DNA of 64,000 bases from Podospora anserina (taxonomy: Eukaryota): the NCBI GenBank assembly GCA_017654855.1, contig CM030337.1, positions 1,240,001 through 1,304,000 of the forward strand, written 5' to 3'. Both the position numbers and the translations under genes were made by a program. The notes beneath the pieces were generated by a model. That model did not search any database, was not told where the DNA came from, and saw nothing but the letters and a program-made list of their open reading frames with translations. Below are positions 11,707-24,740 of this stretch, in pieces (the first letter of the stretch is position 1; each line of letters opens with the position of its first letter).

Positions 11707-12222
11707 GTTAAGATGGTCGTGAAATCAAGCTTCTTGGTGGTGGTGGTGACCGTTGATCAGGGTTGAGAGCTCAACTAAACTTTTTGGAGGGGCCAGTGCC
11801 AAGACTTGAAGTCAAGGTACGTACCTTCTCACTCAGACGCCAGATCACGTGGGTCCCTCTGTTAGTGTGACAGGCTCTTGTCCAACATGAAAGCTGGCTG
11901 TTTATTTTCTTATTTTTTTCTGTTATTATTCTTGATACTCCAGGCCAGTGAGACAAGCAAATCAAACGCATGCTATGCCGCAACAAAGGTATGCTGTTTT
12001 CACACCAGCCAAAAGCAACCCTGCCTTCCAGCTCAACACATGACCGGGTATCTTCTTTTGGCTGTTAGAACCTCCGCCTGTCCCCCAGACTCGGCAGCCC
12101 CAGAAGAGCACTGGGAACAGCCTGAACGGCAGCCGATAATCCCTGCCTTTCCTCGCCTTGAACCGCCGTAGTAGCATATGAGCCTCCCCATCAAACACAT
12201 CACTCTGGAAACAACTCCCCCC

Positions 12223-12809
12223 TCACGCACCCCTATTCCCACCTCTCCCACCCCTCCCACCTCTCCCTCTCCCACCCCTCCCTCTATCACCCCCACCCCT
12301 CCCACCATAATCCCCTCTCTGATGTCCTCCCCGTCCCCCTCTATACCCACCCCCACCCGACTGCTGCTGCTCCTTGACAATATCGATAATCTCGTCCGGA
12401 ACCCGTAGGTATTTAATCTGTCATTCCCATCATTAGCCCCCATCCCCATCCCCATCCCCTCCCCCCAGGGCTCCTACTCACATTATTCCCCTTGACATAA
12501 ACCTCCGGCAGCCTCACAAACTTATCCCCCTCCTATTCAACCCGTCAGCATTTCATTCATTCCCCTCCCCACCAGTGAATTTAGAGCGCAAAACCCACAG
12601 GACTAGTCTGCACCACCTCCCTCAACGTCAAATTCATCCAAGTATCGCACAGCACCAAATGCCCATTCAGCGTCTCCCCGTTCTTGAGCTCGACCAGCAT
12701 CGGGTGGCCCTGCGCCGCGTTAAGGAGACCAAGAGGCAACTGCAACGCCCCCCCCCCAATCAAAATCAGCAAAATACCCTTTTCCTCAATCCCCCTCTTG
12801 ACGTACCAT
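12223..12809 (-). CDS. LSM4: U6 snRNA-associated Sm-like protein LSm4
   Basis: Assembled as [29 protein letters not shown]...[32 protein letters not shown] plus an RGG tail. Introns 12740-12806, 12533-12598 and 12418-12481. Confidence 0.95.
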
Positions 12810-13384
12810 CTTTGCCCGCCTATTCTCTCTCCCCTTTTCCTTCTAAAACCCAACCTTTTGCCGCGCGTAGAAATCGTTTTCAATCGAAAAAAAGATGTTC
12901 GATTGTCCGGCGTGTCGTGCGGCGGCAAGTGGTGGGTAATTCGTCGTTTCGTTAGGTAAGGTAGGTAAACAAAGTCGCAATGAATAGGTGGTTGGCAGAC
13001 ATCAGACAAACAAGCGCCGCCCAAGAAACACGACCTCAGCGCGTCTCCCTTCCCTAAACCCCGCCCCCCAGCCTTGCGGGGACACTGTAGTGGGGGACCT
13101 GAACCGTGCACAGCCGACAATTACCCGACTAAATTTCCCCGCTAGCGCGCGACCGTTGTGGGGGCCTAAACTTTGATGAGACGACATGGCACGAAAAAAA
13201 AAGTCCCAGAATGGGAGTCAATAACCATGTGAGGGATGCACTTCCATGAGGGAGACGAAAAACACTGCGAGTCTAGTGACATTGAAAGCACTCTGATATC
13301 AAAAACTCAACAACTGAAGTTCTCTGTGGACTTAGAATCAAAAGCAAAGCAAAATCATTTGCTGAACCAGCAAAAGAGTAGGTT

Positions 13385-13469
13385 TGGACGAGCTGGGAAT
13401 CGAACCCAGGACCTTTCGCATACAGGTGAGTATGCTAAGCGAACGCTCTACCAACTGAGCCACACGCCC
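13385..13469 (-). tRNA. tRNA-Ala(AGC) with 12-nt intron (13421-13432)
   Basis: Reverse complement folds as a cloverleaf: acceptor GGGCGTG/CTCGTCC with G3:U70, D arm GCTC-AGTTGGTA-GAGC, anticodon arm TTCGC-TTAGCA[intron]T-GCGAA, T arm CTGGG-TTCGATT-CCCAG. Confidence 0.97.
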
Positions 13470-13853
13470 CTGGTTATTTGATGGAGGTTGCACTCAGAAG
13501 CAGCCCCTATCATCGAGATCATTCCCTTGACAGCGCACATCTCACTCTAGCAAGGGACTCTCAACCACAGTCTGATGTTCAAGATAAACCCATCTGATAT
13601 CTCTGTAACCTGACAAAAAACAACCCAACCATTTGAATGATGAATCCGAGATAGGCTATCCCCCCCCCTTTGCGCAACGCAACAAAAACCAAGAGACCAC
13701 ACCAACCCGAACAGCATCCGTTACAGTAATCCATTCCGTCATGCATTCCCAAATCCTTTGACACGTTACCCACCACAGCCTGAGAGACCAGCAAACACGC
13801 CCGTTTTAGCTTCTTTCCACATTGTTCATTCTGCCAGCAGGTTCGTCATGGCG

Positions 13854-15237
13854 TTAAATGGCGCTCTCTCGGCTCTTGCGGTAACTCGCCTGCGGAGCAG
13901 CTGGAGTCAGTATACGCACTTCTTCTCTCTCTCTACTGGAAAGAATAAGCCGAAGCATGACTTGCCTCCTGTTCAACTTGCAGACCGTCAATGACAGGGG
14001 CAAGTTCACTGAGAATCTCGTGGGCCTTCTTGTGGAACTCAATCTGAGCAGCAAGGAGCTCGGCCAGGTTGCGCAGGGGTTCGGGGGTATCGACAACCTG
14101 TTTGTGGGTTAGGACAATCAGCGCTTCGATCCTCGGCCTCTATGGGTGACAAGAATACTCACGTTCTTCATGACACCAACAGCCTCCTCGGTCTGTGTGA
14201 CAAACTCATCCTCAGCCTTCTCAATTTCCTCTTGGGCCTCAGGGCTGAGCTCCTGCTCGTCGTGCTGGCCGCTAGGGGCAGCTCCACCAAGCTTCCAGGT
14301 GGTGCCCTTGACACGGGCCTTGACAGCATCCAAAGTCAACCTGGCCTTCTCGACCGCCTTGCGGGCGCGGGTCGCAAAGGTGATGTTGGTGTTCAGGGTG
14401 GTGTTCCACCCAGCCAAGAAGCGGCTTTGAACCTGGGCGTCCTGGGCGAGGCGGGCCTCTCCAACACGCTCCATGGCGAGCGCATACTTCTCGAGCGCAG
14501 TAGCAAGAGGATCCTCACCGGAGGAGGTGTGTTGCTGGTGGAGAGCCTGGGAGCTGGCCAACGAAGCGCGGGCGATAGCATGATGGAAGGTCTTGGGTTG
14601 AGGCTTAGCCGAAGGAGGGGCGGTCAGGGCAGCCTGGGCTTCGGCGGGAGAGGTAGCGCTCGACAACAGAGTAACCTTCTCGGAGACGGTGCGACCAAGG
14701 TCCTGGAAGGTCTCCTTGATATTAGGGGGGTAGTCGTAGGCCTCGTTGGAGTATTGGGAGCTATCCAATGATGGAGGGGTCAGATGGTGCCACCGAAACA
14801 ACGAGCTCCGAGCTCAGAGAGCATCCATGTCACAAACTTACGTCACAGCCAGCATCTTCTGGTGGACAGCCTTGAGCGCATCCACGCGCTTCTCAAGGTC
14901 GATGTAGTCGGGTGGGAGTTCGGTCTGCAAAGCCAACATGGTCAACCACTTGTTCCCTCCCTTGTCGCCAAGCAAGCCCAACGCCGCCAGGAAGCTATCA
15001 ATGCGCACCTTGTCCTCAGCCTGACCCAGCTGCTCCTTGGTGTACTGGAAGGTGCGTGAGGCAAAGGGGGTGATCTGACCACCCAAAGAGCTGTAGAAAT
15101 GCCATTGTCAGCGGTTGGCTGTTCGAATTTCCATTGTTCTGGCGGCCCGAGCTCGAGGTTTATCAAAACAATCCAGGGCGTCGAGAGAGGGGTTGTCCGT
15201 ACGTGAGACTCTTCTGGAAACCCTTGAAAGCGTCCAT
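13854..15237 (-). CDS. GVP36: BAR-domain protein, Gvp36-like
   Basis: Six predicted exons: MDAFKGFQKSL / SLGGQITPF..EDK / TELPPDYIDLEKRVDALK.. / SQYSNEAYDYPPN..AEDEFVTQTEEAVGVMKN / VVDTPEPLRNL..QE / ASYRKSRESAI*. Confidence 0.88.
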
Positions 15238-15790
15238 CTTGTCGGGTTTTGGGGTGCTGTATTGCAGTGTTCAGGGGACGTGCTTCTCGACGGCGGACTC
15301 AACGGGCGGTGACCGTAGCTTTGCGAAAAGGAGGATGCGAGGTTGACGTTGACACCAAAGCTTTGTGTCAAGTGGGCGTTGTTTAGGGGACAAGGCGCCG
15401 ATCCCTAGCTGCTGACGCCCCGCTAAACATTCCGCGTTGCAGCTGTCAACCCTGAATTTCATTGGCCGCGTCATGCTCTGTGCGTCGCAGCCGTGATTCT
15501 TTCAGGCAGCCAAGCATAAGGTCCAAGCATGTGCTTCACTTTTTATCTTTGCGTAACCTCAAGCATCATCATGAGCATAAAAGGTCGCCCTATGATCGGT
15601 GATGGCTCAACAACAAGCAATCGATATATATGTATATAAATGACAACTGATTTGTGTATCCTCGGCAGCATGAAGTCCATGGTAAATACTCTCCACTTGA
15701 AACACCGGCATCGATATACTCGAAATGCAGTTGTTGAAGTATGGTATGCTAGATAAGTTCATATCATTCTCCATATGTAAACGTCACCTT

Positions 15791-17898
15791 TCAATCCGCC
15801 GCCTTCGAATCAGCCCAACTCGGCACAACCCCCCTACAAACATCCTCATAGTCCTCCATGACCTGATCCTTCACCGCGGCCTCCGGCGTCGTCCAAAACA
15901 TCGCCCAGTTACTCCCGGGCAACTTTCTCACCCCCCTGCTCCTCTCAAAATACCACTTATTCACTGGGTTATCCTTCCTGCTCCTCCAGCACACCCCATT
16001 CGGGAAACAATCCCTCACCATGGCATTGAACACAATATCCGCCACACCTCCCGCCCCTTGACTCTTCTTCAACACGGCAAACTTATCCAGGTAGGGCACT
16101 AATCTACCCGAGTTGTACGCTGTCTCCTCGTCAAGCCCGAATGGTCGTTCCCAAGTGAGGATCGCACCGCCTTCGTACTCGCCGGCGATGATGATACCTG
16201 CGAGGGAGTCTTGGACTCGGTTGAGGTAGTGCTCTGCGTCCAGCTTGCGGCCGAAGGAGTCGTTGATGAGGTGGATGAGTCGGGGGAGGTCGACGCACGT
16301 ATCTGTTAGTTTCAGGCGGGGGGTGCCCGGTTTAGGTGGTTGCCAGGACCGTGTGCGGGTGTCGGGGAAGATGGTAACAGGGAGGCCTTTCTTCGCCAGG
16401 GTTGTGGTGGGCATTCGGGATGACCTTTGGTATGTACCATTTGTCGTTGATTTGATCCGGCCGATGGGTAGAGACGCCGAGTATATCGGCCGGTCGGTGA
16501 GAAGGTTGTGAATGATGGGATTCTGCCATCTTCGTGTTTTGACTTCACCTGCCATAGCCTCCTCGGCGTCTCTTCTGATATCATATGCTTGATTCGACTG
16601 TAGATTTGCGGCTTCGATTGGGCTGGTTATGACCGCGGAAGCTGTCGAGGGCAGGATTGCTAGTATGTTCTTGACGAGCTCTAGGTTTTCGATGTGTGAA
16701 GCTTTCGGGTTGCCTGAGATACCAGGTATTGGGCTCCCGTTATCTTGTGGTTCCGCTGCACTCAGGGTCGCCTTGATGCTGTTGAACTGCTCTTCGAGAT
16801 TGATAAATACCCGCGCGCCATCGCCCAGGTTCCTAGCAGGAATTCCGCCAAAGGGGTCGATGATGATCACCCTGTCTACCACCGCGGTCCGGGTTTGATT
16901 TTGGCCAGCATTGACCTGAAGTCCAGCAAAGTATTTTGCCAAAGCAAAGATCACTTCATTTGCGTCAGCCGCCGTGTGCTCTAGAGTCTCTTCGACCACT
17001 GCCCGAGAGGGGACCACTAGGATATGGCCATGCCTGAGCGGCGCGGTGAATGCCTCCCCAAAGCCAACGGAGAGCTTAGTATGACCAAGAGACGAAGCGC
17101 TTGGTGGAGTTGTACTCCGTTTCCAGATGCCTCCATCAACAAGTTCCGCGCCTGGTGTGCCATACTTTTGAATGGCTTTCTGAAGTCGGTCTGTTTGTTG
17201 TGTCACCACATCTTTCCAATCCAGAACTGAGCTTTTCTCTGCGCTGCATTCGAGAACAATAACACTTCGAAGACCCAGATCTCGCAGCCGGGTGAGCGTC
17301 TTAGCGACGCCACCCAGTAAAGTGTCGTCCCACGTCTGAGGCTCGCGAAGCTTCACAATCGCCACACGTGGTACTTCATCGGCCTCTAGAGATTCCACTG
17401 GAACGGAGCCTTGGACGAAAAATGACACATCCTTGGCTTCTGGGATTGCTTTGTCGCTCACAAGGGCGGTAGAAGCTGGTGATTCCTTTGGCACCGCTTT
17501 GGCTTTCGATGACCCATAGGTCTGAAGGTATGCCTTTGCATCCCGCTTGGTCGCCGACGACTCCAGTACTGAAATCAAAAACTCCCTGTCTGACTCTCTC
17601 TTCTGCTTTGCTTCGGCAGCAGAAGGGTGGCTTCGGCTGGGCTTTGCGCCATTCTCAGCCGAGGAGAAGTGACGTCGCTGAGACACTGATGTCACTGACG
17701 TTATGGTGGTGTGATTTGGCCGTTGCTGGTCACGACAGATTGAGGCCTAAAAGCGCTCAGATTAATACCAAACTTCAGAATATGACTGATCGGAAAATGT
17801 AGCGATATATGCGCCAAGATATATCTCACCTGAACTACCGAGGTCGCCTTCTTCCACGCACCGTTGCTTCTCGTGAGCATAGCTGCGACCAGTGGCAT
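15791..17898 (-). CDS. ARG2: Mitochondrial amino-acid N-acetyltransferase (acetylglutamate synthase)
   Basis: SVLESSATKRDAKAYL, IIHNLLTDRP and the NAT/DUF619 domain (YLDKFAV, WRSRKDNPVNKWYFERS). Intron 17747-17829; start at 17898 or 17880. Confidence 0.92.
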
Positions 17899-18803
17899 CG
17901 GGCGGGGCGGTTTGAGTCACAAAAGCTGTGATATAAATTATTTCGAAGAACGTACGGGCGGCCAGAAATGGATAATTCAATCCAGCACGCCCTCCTCATA
18001 CAACCTGCATCCGCTTTGGTGTGGTGAGAATCCCTCGAAAAAGATGAAAGAAAAGGAAAGACGGAAGGGTCCAACCTCGGGACTCCATCTGACCACGCAA
18101 CGCAGCAAAGCCCCGAACACTAAAACCCCATGTCGGTGAGAATTATCAGATCATCAGATAAGACACCCCGCAAAAAGGGGAAAAGGATGTTCCTTGGCAG
18201 GTTCATCAAAGACCCAGAGCATATCTGGTAGCCGTAACCATGTATTCTAATTTGGCTGGTGTTTCATTCCGATGATTGGGTGTACCTAAAAACCAGCAGC
18301 TCAAGAGGAATTACCCCGCGGTTTGACCAGATCACCAAAACCGTTGCAGTATGACATAATTGACCATTGAGTTTCTTGGAAAGGCTCAATAGAGCTCAGA
18401 TGAGATGACTTCTCATAAAATCAACGAGTTGAGCAAGCCTGGGAAGATTGCAACCATGTCAAGCCAGACAGACCTCTCAAACATGCAATCGCACCCACTC
18501 GCTGATATCCATGAACCAACAGCCTCTCCCCCATTAGCGAGAATGACATGAGCTTGTCAGATGGAGCATAAAGCCGATTGGACTTCCCGGTCCCGATCGA
18601 CGGCGGGCCGGTCCTCTATCTGACCGGAAACCGGAAGAGGGGCAGATTCCCCACTAACTCTAAGTGGTCCTCATAGCGAAGAGTAGAATTAATATATCTT
18701 GGAGCACCTTCAACTCTAATGTGATATCTTTGCTTCTAACCGGAATTCCCCACAGGCTCGACAACACATCAAACTCACCTACCAATACCACATCTATCTC
18801 ACA

Positions 18804-19782
18804 ATGACCCCAACAGTCTTCTGGATCGGCCTAGGAAACATGGGCCGAGTAAGCCTCTCAATCTCCCCCTTACCTTCATATGTATCCCAACTAACACCCC
18901 CAGGGCATGGTCAAAAACCTCGTTCTCAAAGGCCCCCTAGACAACCAACCCCTCCTGGTCCACAACCGCACCAAACAACGCTCCCTCGACCTCGCGTCCC
19001 AACTCCCCCCCGGCAAAGTCACCATCCTCGACTCCATCTCCTCCGGCATCCGCCAAGCAGACATCATCTTCCTCATCCTCTCCAAAGACTCGGTCGTTGA
19101 ATCCGCCATCTCCGAAATCCTAACCCACGACCTCACCGGCAAGCTCATAATCGACTGCTCAACAATCCACCCCACCACCACAACCCGCATCGCCAACTCC
19201 ATCACCTCCCGCGGCGCCCAGTTCCTCGCCGCCCCCGTCTTCGGCGCCCCAGCCATGGCCGACGCGGGACAGCTCATCGGCGTTCTTGCCGGCCCTTCCG
19301 CCTCAGTTGACCGTGCCCGCCCTTACTTCAAGGGCGTGATAGCCAGAGCAGAAATCGACATGTCTGACGAGCCGTACGGGAAAGCCCTTACTCTAAAACT
19401 GATCGGGAATACTTTTGTCTTCAACATGGTGGAGCAACTTGCCGAGGGGTATGTTCTTGCTGAAAAGTCTGGTTTAGGGACCAAGTATCTGCATCAGTGG
19501 GTGGAACAAATGTTTCCGGGGCCGTATGCGGCGTATTCGACGAGGATGCTGAGCGGGGATTACCATACGAGGGAGGAACCGCTTTTTGCGGTTGATTTGG
19601 CTAGGAAGGACGCAGGGCACGCGTTGAAGCTGGCGGAGGAGGCGGGGGTGAGGATGAGGAATTTGGAGGTGGCGGATGAGCATTTAAAAGAGGTGAAGGA
19701 GTATGCTGGGGAGAAGGGGGATATTGCGGGGATTTATGGGGCTGTGAGGAGGGAGGGGGGGTTGGGGTATGAAAATTCGTGA
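18804..19782 (+). CDS. 3-hydroxyisobutyrate/6-phosphogluconate dehydrogenase family oxidoreductase
   Basis: Rossmann motif WIGLGNMG, IDCSTIHP, APVFGAP and catalytic LKLIGN. Intron 18849-18903. Confidence 0.92.
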
Positions 19783-20138
19783 TGGGCTATGTGGGAGTTA
19801 AGGGCCACGGTAGTATTTCACTGTTGGCAGGACGGTGATGAAGTCTGCGTAGAGTGGAGAGGTGCTATATCTTAGAATAGGGGAGTGCCCATGGAGAAAG
19901 TTGCTCTAATGTTGTCAAGATGCTCAAAAAGTGTAAAGAATGAACCTGGTTATATCAAGAACTGGTCCCAAATTGTTACTTTGCAAGCGATCACTAAAAG
20001 AGACAGCAGCTCCTGTGTCATCCCTCCTCAAGAAAAAGACCGTAGAGTGACGTTCAGACCTACAACAACAAACTCATTGATTCCACAATAGTCCCCTCAC
20101 TCACTCACTCCAGAATTCCACCACCCATTCATGATCCC

Positions 20139-20641
20139 TCAAGGGAAAACATCCGTCTCACAATTAAACTTCAACTGCCCGGCAGAAAGATACTGCGCCG
20201 GGCAATCATACTCATCCTCCTCCGTCGGTCGACAGTGGCCCCAAACCTTATCTTTCAAGCCCAACCAAGTTCCAGTCCCGATTCTTATAAATAGCTATTC
20301 ACCCAAGTGTCAGCACACATCCTCTCACAGCACGTTCCCTCAATAGTACTCACTGAAATGACCAACATCAACATCAAACTCCAACCGCTCGAGATATTCC
20401 CATTATAGCACCCATCCCCATCGCAAACAACACCCTCGATCTCGCTCACGTCCCACTTTTGGAGAATGAGCCGGGTATTCTTGACGTCTTCGCAGCTGTG
20501 GGGGGGGGGGAAGCCGGGGAAGAACAGCCAGAGGACCTCACCGCCGCTGCCGAGGTCGGTGCCTTCGTAGATCCAGATGTCGGCTTTGGCGGTGGTGAGG
20601 AGGGCGGTGGTGGCGAGGGTGGTGAGGGTGGTGAACTTCAT
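20139..20641 (-). CDS. Small secreted Cys-containing protein carrying an apparent internal compensated frameshift
   Basis: Signal peptide MKFTTLTTLATTALLTTAKA; six Cys. Intron 20295-20353 (GTGAGT, GCTGAC, TAG); the spliced ORF is open to ...KFNCETDVFP*. Confidence 0.75.
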
Positions 20642-22458
20642 TTTGGAGGGTTTGGAGGGAGAAATGCACAACGGTTGTTCGTCTCCGGTGGTTGAGGGTT
20701 GAAGCTGGTCGATGGCTGGTGAGTAGAGGAGGGACAAACGGCGGAACTTGTACCTCCCTCTTTATACCTGAGACGGGCGTTTGTTTGTGCCTCTCTGAGT
20801 TGATCATTGGTGAAATGGCGATATCCCATGTCTACCTAGTCTTAGTCTGTTGGTTCTGAGCCAAGCCAGCCAACGGTAAAATCGTACCACGATAGCCGCT
20901 GCGATCGACAAGGTGAACTTCTAGTTTCGTGTCACCGCCGTGTGGATGGTGATTTGTTCGAGGAGAAGCTAGAAAGCAACTACCTGGGGGAGCCATACAG
21001 CCGATGTTGTCATATTAACTACTTTGAAGACATTTAAAGTTCGAAAAATGATTCTCCATTCGATGTTAGTAGGATTTTATGTCAAGGTTGATTCCAAGGA
21101 ACGTGGAGATCTTACGTTTAAGGGCTAATACAACCATGTGAAGCCGAGCAGACGACGAGACTCTCTGATAATACCATGCTCTCTCTCAATACACCCATGA
21201 AATCTTCAAAATCCCCATAAAGTTACCTACATCCAAACATCTCCAGAGCCACGATCCCCCGGAAGAAAAGTTGACCATCAACCACAGCAGAAGACCAACA
21301 TAGCGCCCCAATGGCGGAGAATTGCTATGTACATCAATATCTATCGTCGATCTTTAGGAGCAAGGTACAGAATGTGAACTTCCTAAAGAGGCTTGTTTTC
21401 TCGATCCAATCTCTATGCTTGTTCTCAGTTGATACGTTGCGATGCCAAGGGCTGCTGGGTTCGGTATGGGCAATTCGACGTCATGTCGAGACTATCGAAC
21501 GAGGACACGCGATATGTTTGACTGGGACTTGAGTAAGAAAAGCATCGACAATGGCTGAAAACAATCGGAGATTTTGGGCATTGGCCATTTGGTTTAAGGC
21601 CTTTGAGTTTGACTTGTTCAGCTTGTTGCAAGGTGACAGATAAAAATGACAAACAGCTCACCGGTCATCCACACTTTGTTTGATTGTGGTGATGCGGCTA
21701 CGAAAACCCGGTGGTTTTGGAGTCGAACATAGAAGCTCTCAAGGGTCGAGAGCAACCGAGGTTGGGGACATGCCCTCGGCCAGCAGGCTTACCGCTCGAC
21801 CATTTGGCCGGTGCTACTGTTCCATGTTGGAAGATGTGTGCGGGAAGAAAAATATATACTGTCGTTAGGAAGGAGCAAGCTGTTGGCCTGACAGGTTCTC
21901 TGACAGCTTCATAACGACGATGTCGTGGCTGGGGCTGGCAAGGCAGGAGTCGTCGATCTTACCCTAACCTACCCAAACTGATACTAATGTATTTAAGGAA
22001 ATCACGTAGGAGTTTGAAATCAAGAGGACATCACAAAATAGAATCATCAACCTGGTGTCTTGCTGAAAGAGAGGAAAGTATCGAGTGTATGGCAACAAGA
22101 TGAAAGATTAATACCGTAATTGCAAACTCAGCGTAATATTTCACGACCTACAGCGGTCTTGGCATCTTCATCACATAAGCAGCACCCTGCACCCAGAACC
22201 CCGGTCCAAGCTTGCCTTGTTGCATGCTGCGCCTTGAAGCTCCAGCATCATCCAGCCAACCTCCAACCAGCCGCCGCAACACCATCGAACCTGTCGTCGT
22301 CGTCAGGAACATCAACGATTAACACCACCCCCGAAACGACCATCATCGCCATTCGATCAACAAATTCCACTTCCAATTGAAACACCACCCTTACCTACCC
22401 TTCCAAATCGCGCAGCACCAGCACCCCTCCTCCCCGTCAACGAAACCAAACATTCACC

Positions 22459-22841
22459 ATGGCCAACGGGTACGTCCCTTCCCACCCCCAACATTTACCC
22501 CCAAACCACCCGCAACAACAATGTTATTGCGCAAATAGCTAACCACCACCCCCAAACAGATGGAGCATCTTCATCGGCCTAGCCATCATTCTCGCAATGT
22601 GCACCGCCGCCTGGGTCTTTGCCCCCAAGGGTGAGAACCAAGTGTACGTCTTCCCCCTCCTCACCCCCCACCCTCCCAACCTCCAACTAACCTTTCTCTC
22701 CCCCACAGCCTCTGGCGCTCCTCCCTCATCCTCGCCTTCGTCAGCTGCTACCTCATGTGGGCCATCACCTTCCTCGCCCAGCTTCACCCCCTCATCGAGC
22801 CGAGACGGTCCGACATTCGCAAGGAGTTTGTCCACCATTAG
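22459..22841 (+). CDS. VMA9: V-type ATPase subunit e
   Basis: Three exons give MANGWSIFIGLAII...APKGENQVLWRSSLILAFVSCYLMWAITFLAQLHPLIEPR...; the CYLMWAITFLAQLHPL motif is diagnostic. Confidence 0.93.
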
Positions 22842-23278
22842 ACCACACAACCAAAAGCTACAACGAGATGGCACATACAAAACAGATGCAAGCCTCAACA
22901 CGAGGCTAAAACTATAGGCGGCGAGCAATAGGACGATGATGACGAAGAAGAAGAAGGGGGAGGTTATTGGCATTGTTGTACGAATACCCACGGCACGGCA
23001 TTCATAAGCAGATTCTTTTTTTGGGGCTGGCGTTTATTTGTTTTCTTTTGCTTTTGGGGCGGCGGTTATAGGACGAACCAGGGGGACGGGAATGAATCAA
23101 GCCTTGATAATGGAGGCTTTTGGGAAGAATGACGGCTGGAATTTGTACATTTCGCAAGCGGGCAAGCCCTTCGGAGGCTTAATATCATGAACATGGGGCA
23201 CACGTCTTTTCCATCAATCCATGTGATGAATACCCAAAAGTCAACGCTTTATTACTTTTACCAAAAAACACTCCCCCT

Positions 23279-24264
23279 TTACCCCACAGCCAACCTCCCC
23301 GCCCAATCTTTTAGATACCCCAATAGCACCCCCAACTCCCCTAACCCCCGTCCATCACCCCCCATTATCTGGCCCCCTTCCGTCCCTGCCGTCCAAGAAT
23401 CCACCCCTTCTAACCCGGCAGCCCACAGCACCACCCTCCCCATCGCCCATCTACTTAGCGCCCCTGCCATGGCCAAGAACGCGGCAACGCCGTAGCTGCA
23501 GTCGAGCAATATCTTCAACGCCTCGACATTATTAGCCACCACCGCCCACCCTAGCGACCTGGCCGCGGCGGGAACGTCATATTCCCATATGACCATCAGA
23601 ATAGGGAAGAGCTTCGTAGAAGAAGAGACGAGAAGGGCCGTGGAGACAGAGTTTGGACGGGGATACCGGGGTAACATGCCGAGGAAGGGGAGGGGGGAGA
23701 AGCGGGAGGAGGTGAGGAAGCGGATGGATAGGTGGAAGGAGAGGGTTGTTAGGGTGCAGAGTAATACTGTTTTCGGCATCATCAGCATGACTGATTGTTG
23801 GGGAATTGGTGGGGACACAGACGGAAAAAGACGTATTGAGTAACAATGGGGCGTTCTGCCAGGCCCTCGGTGTCACTGCTCTGCCTTTCGATTCTAGCCC
23901 AGGTGAGGTAGACGTCAAATAGCAGTAACAAAACCCCTAACCGGACGATGCTCGGGGCGAAGGCGTCTTCTTCTTTTTTGGGGTGGTCGGGATCGGAGGG
24001 GTCGGCGGAGGGGGTGTTCATCAGTGTGTTGTGGAGTAAATGTCGGTACACCTGCGGTTTTATGAGGACTAAATCGATGAATAGCACCACAAAGTCGTGC
24101 TCGACGTATTTGTCGCAGAACCGCCCGCAGTTCTTGCAGACGGTGAGCCGGATGTTGTGGCCGCCCGAGGCGGAGGGCTTGTTGGTGGTGGAGGAGGTGT
24201 TGCTCGTTCCGCCCTCGCGCCAGAGGGTTTTCACTGGGTGGCGGCATTCGATGCAGATTGGCAT
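23279..24264 (-). CDS. ARV1: Arv1 sterol homeostasis protein
   Basis: MPICIEC...CKNCGRFCDKYVEHDFVVLFIDLVLIKPQVYRHLL Arv1 homology domain. Intron 23767-23822 with a GTCTGT donor. Confidence 0.92.
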
Positions 24265-24740
24265 GGTTGCGGCTGAGAGGGGGGTTTATCGTGACATTTG
24301 AAAGGTTGTGTATAAAGGCAAGGGGTGCGCCGTGGTGCACCGGTTTGTCGTCGTGTAGGAATATTGAATGCGATGGGAAATTGATGATGCTCGATGGTGG
24401 TGTGAATGATGAACAGTCGCGATGCGCCCCGATAAGGGTTCTTATCAATGACGCAGCTAATCCAGGCATGCGCAGGGAAGCTGGCTGTTGGAAATGCGAC
24501 CCCCTGAATGAACCCTGATGGTCAACCTAGACCCAAGCACTTGTCAGAGAGAAAAGAGAATGATCCAAAAAATCTAATTTGATCCAATAAATCCAACACG
24601 CTGCGCCAATTCTTGCTATATACCCTAAACAAGCATTCAAAAGAACAGAAAACAACAACCAGCAATCCGCAATGAAGGGCTCAACCTGCGCAATGCACCA
24701 CTTGCCAAATTCAAACCCCACTTCCTGAGCTACAGAGATC

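Noticed and set aside
21126-21310. Protein-like minus-strand stretch interrupted by a TAA
   Set aside because: Too short and not recognisable; it could be chance.
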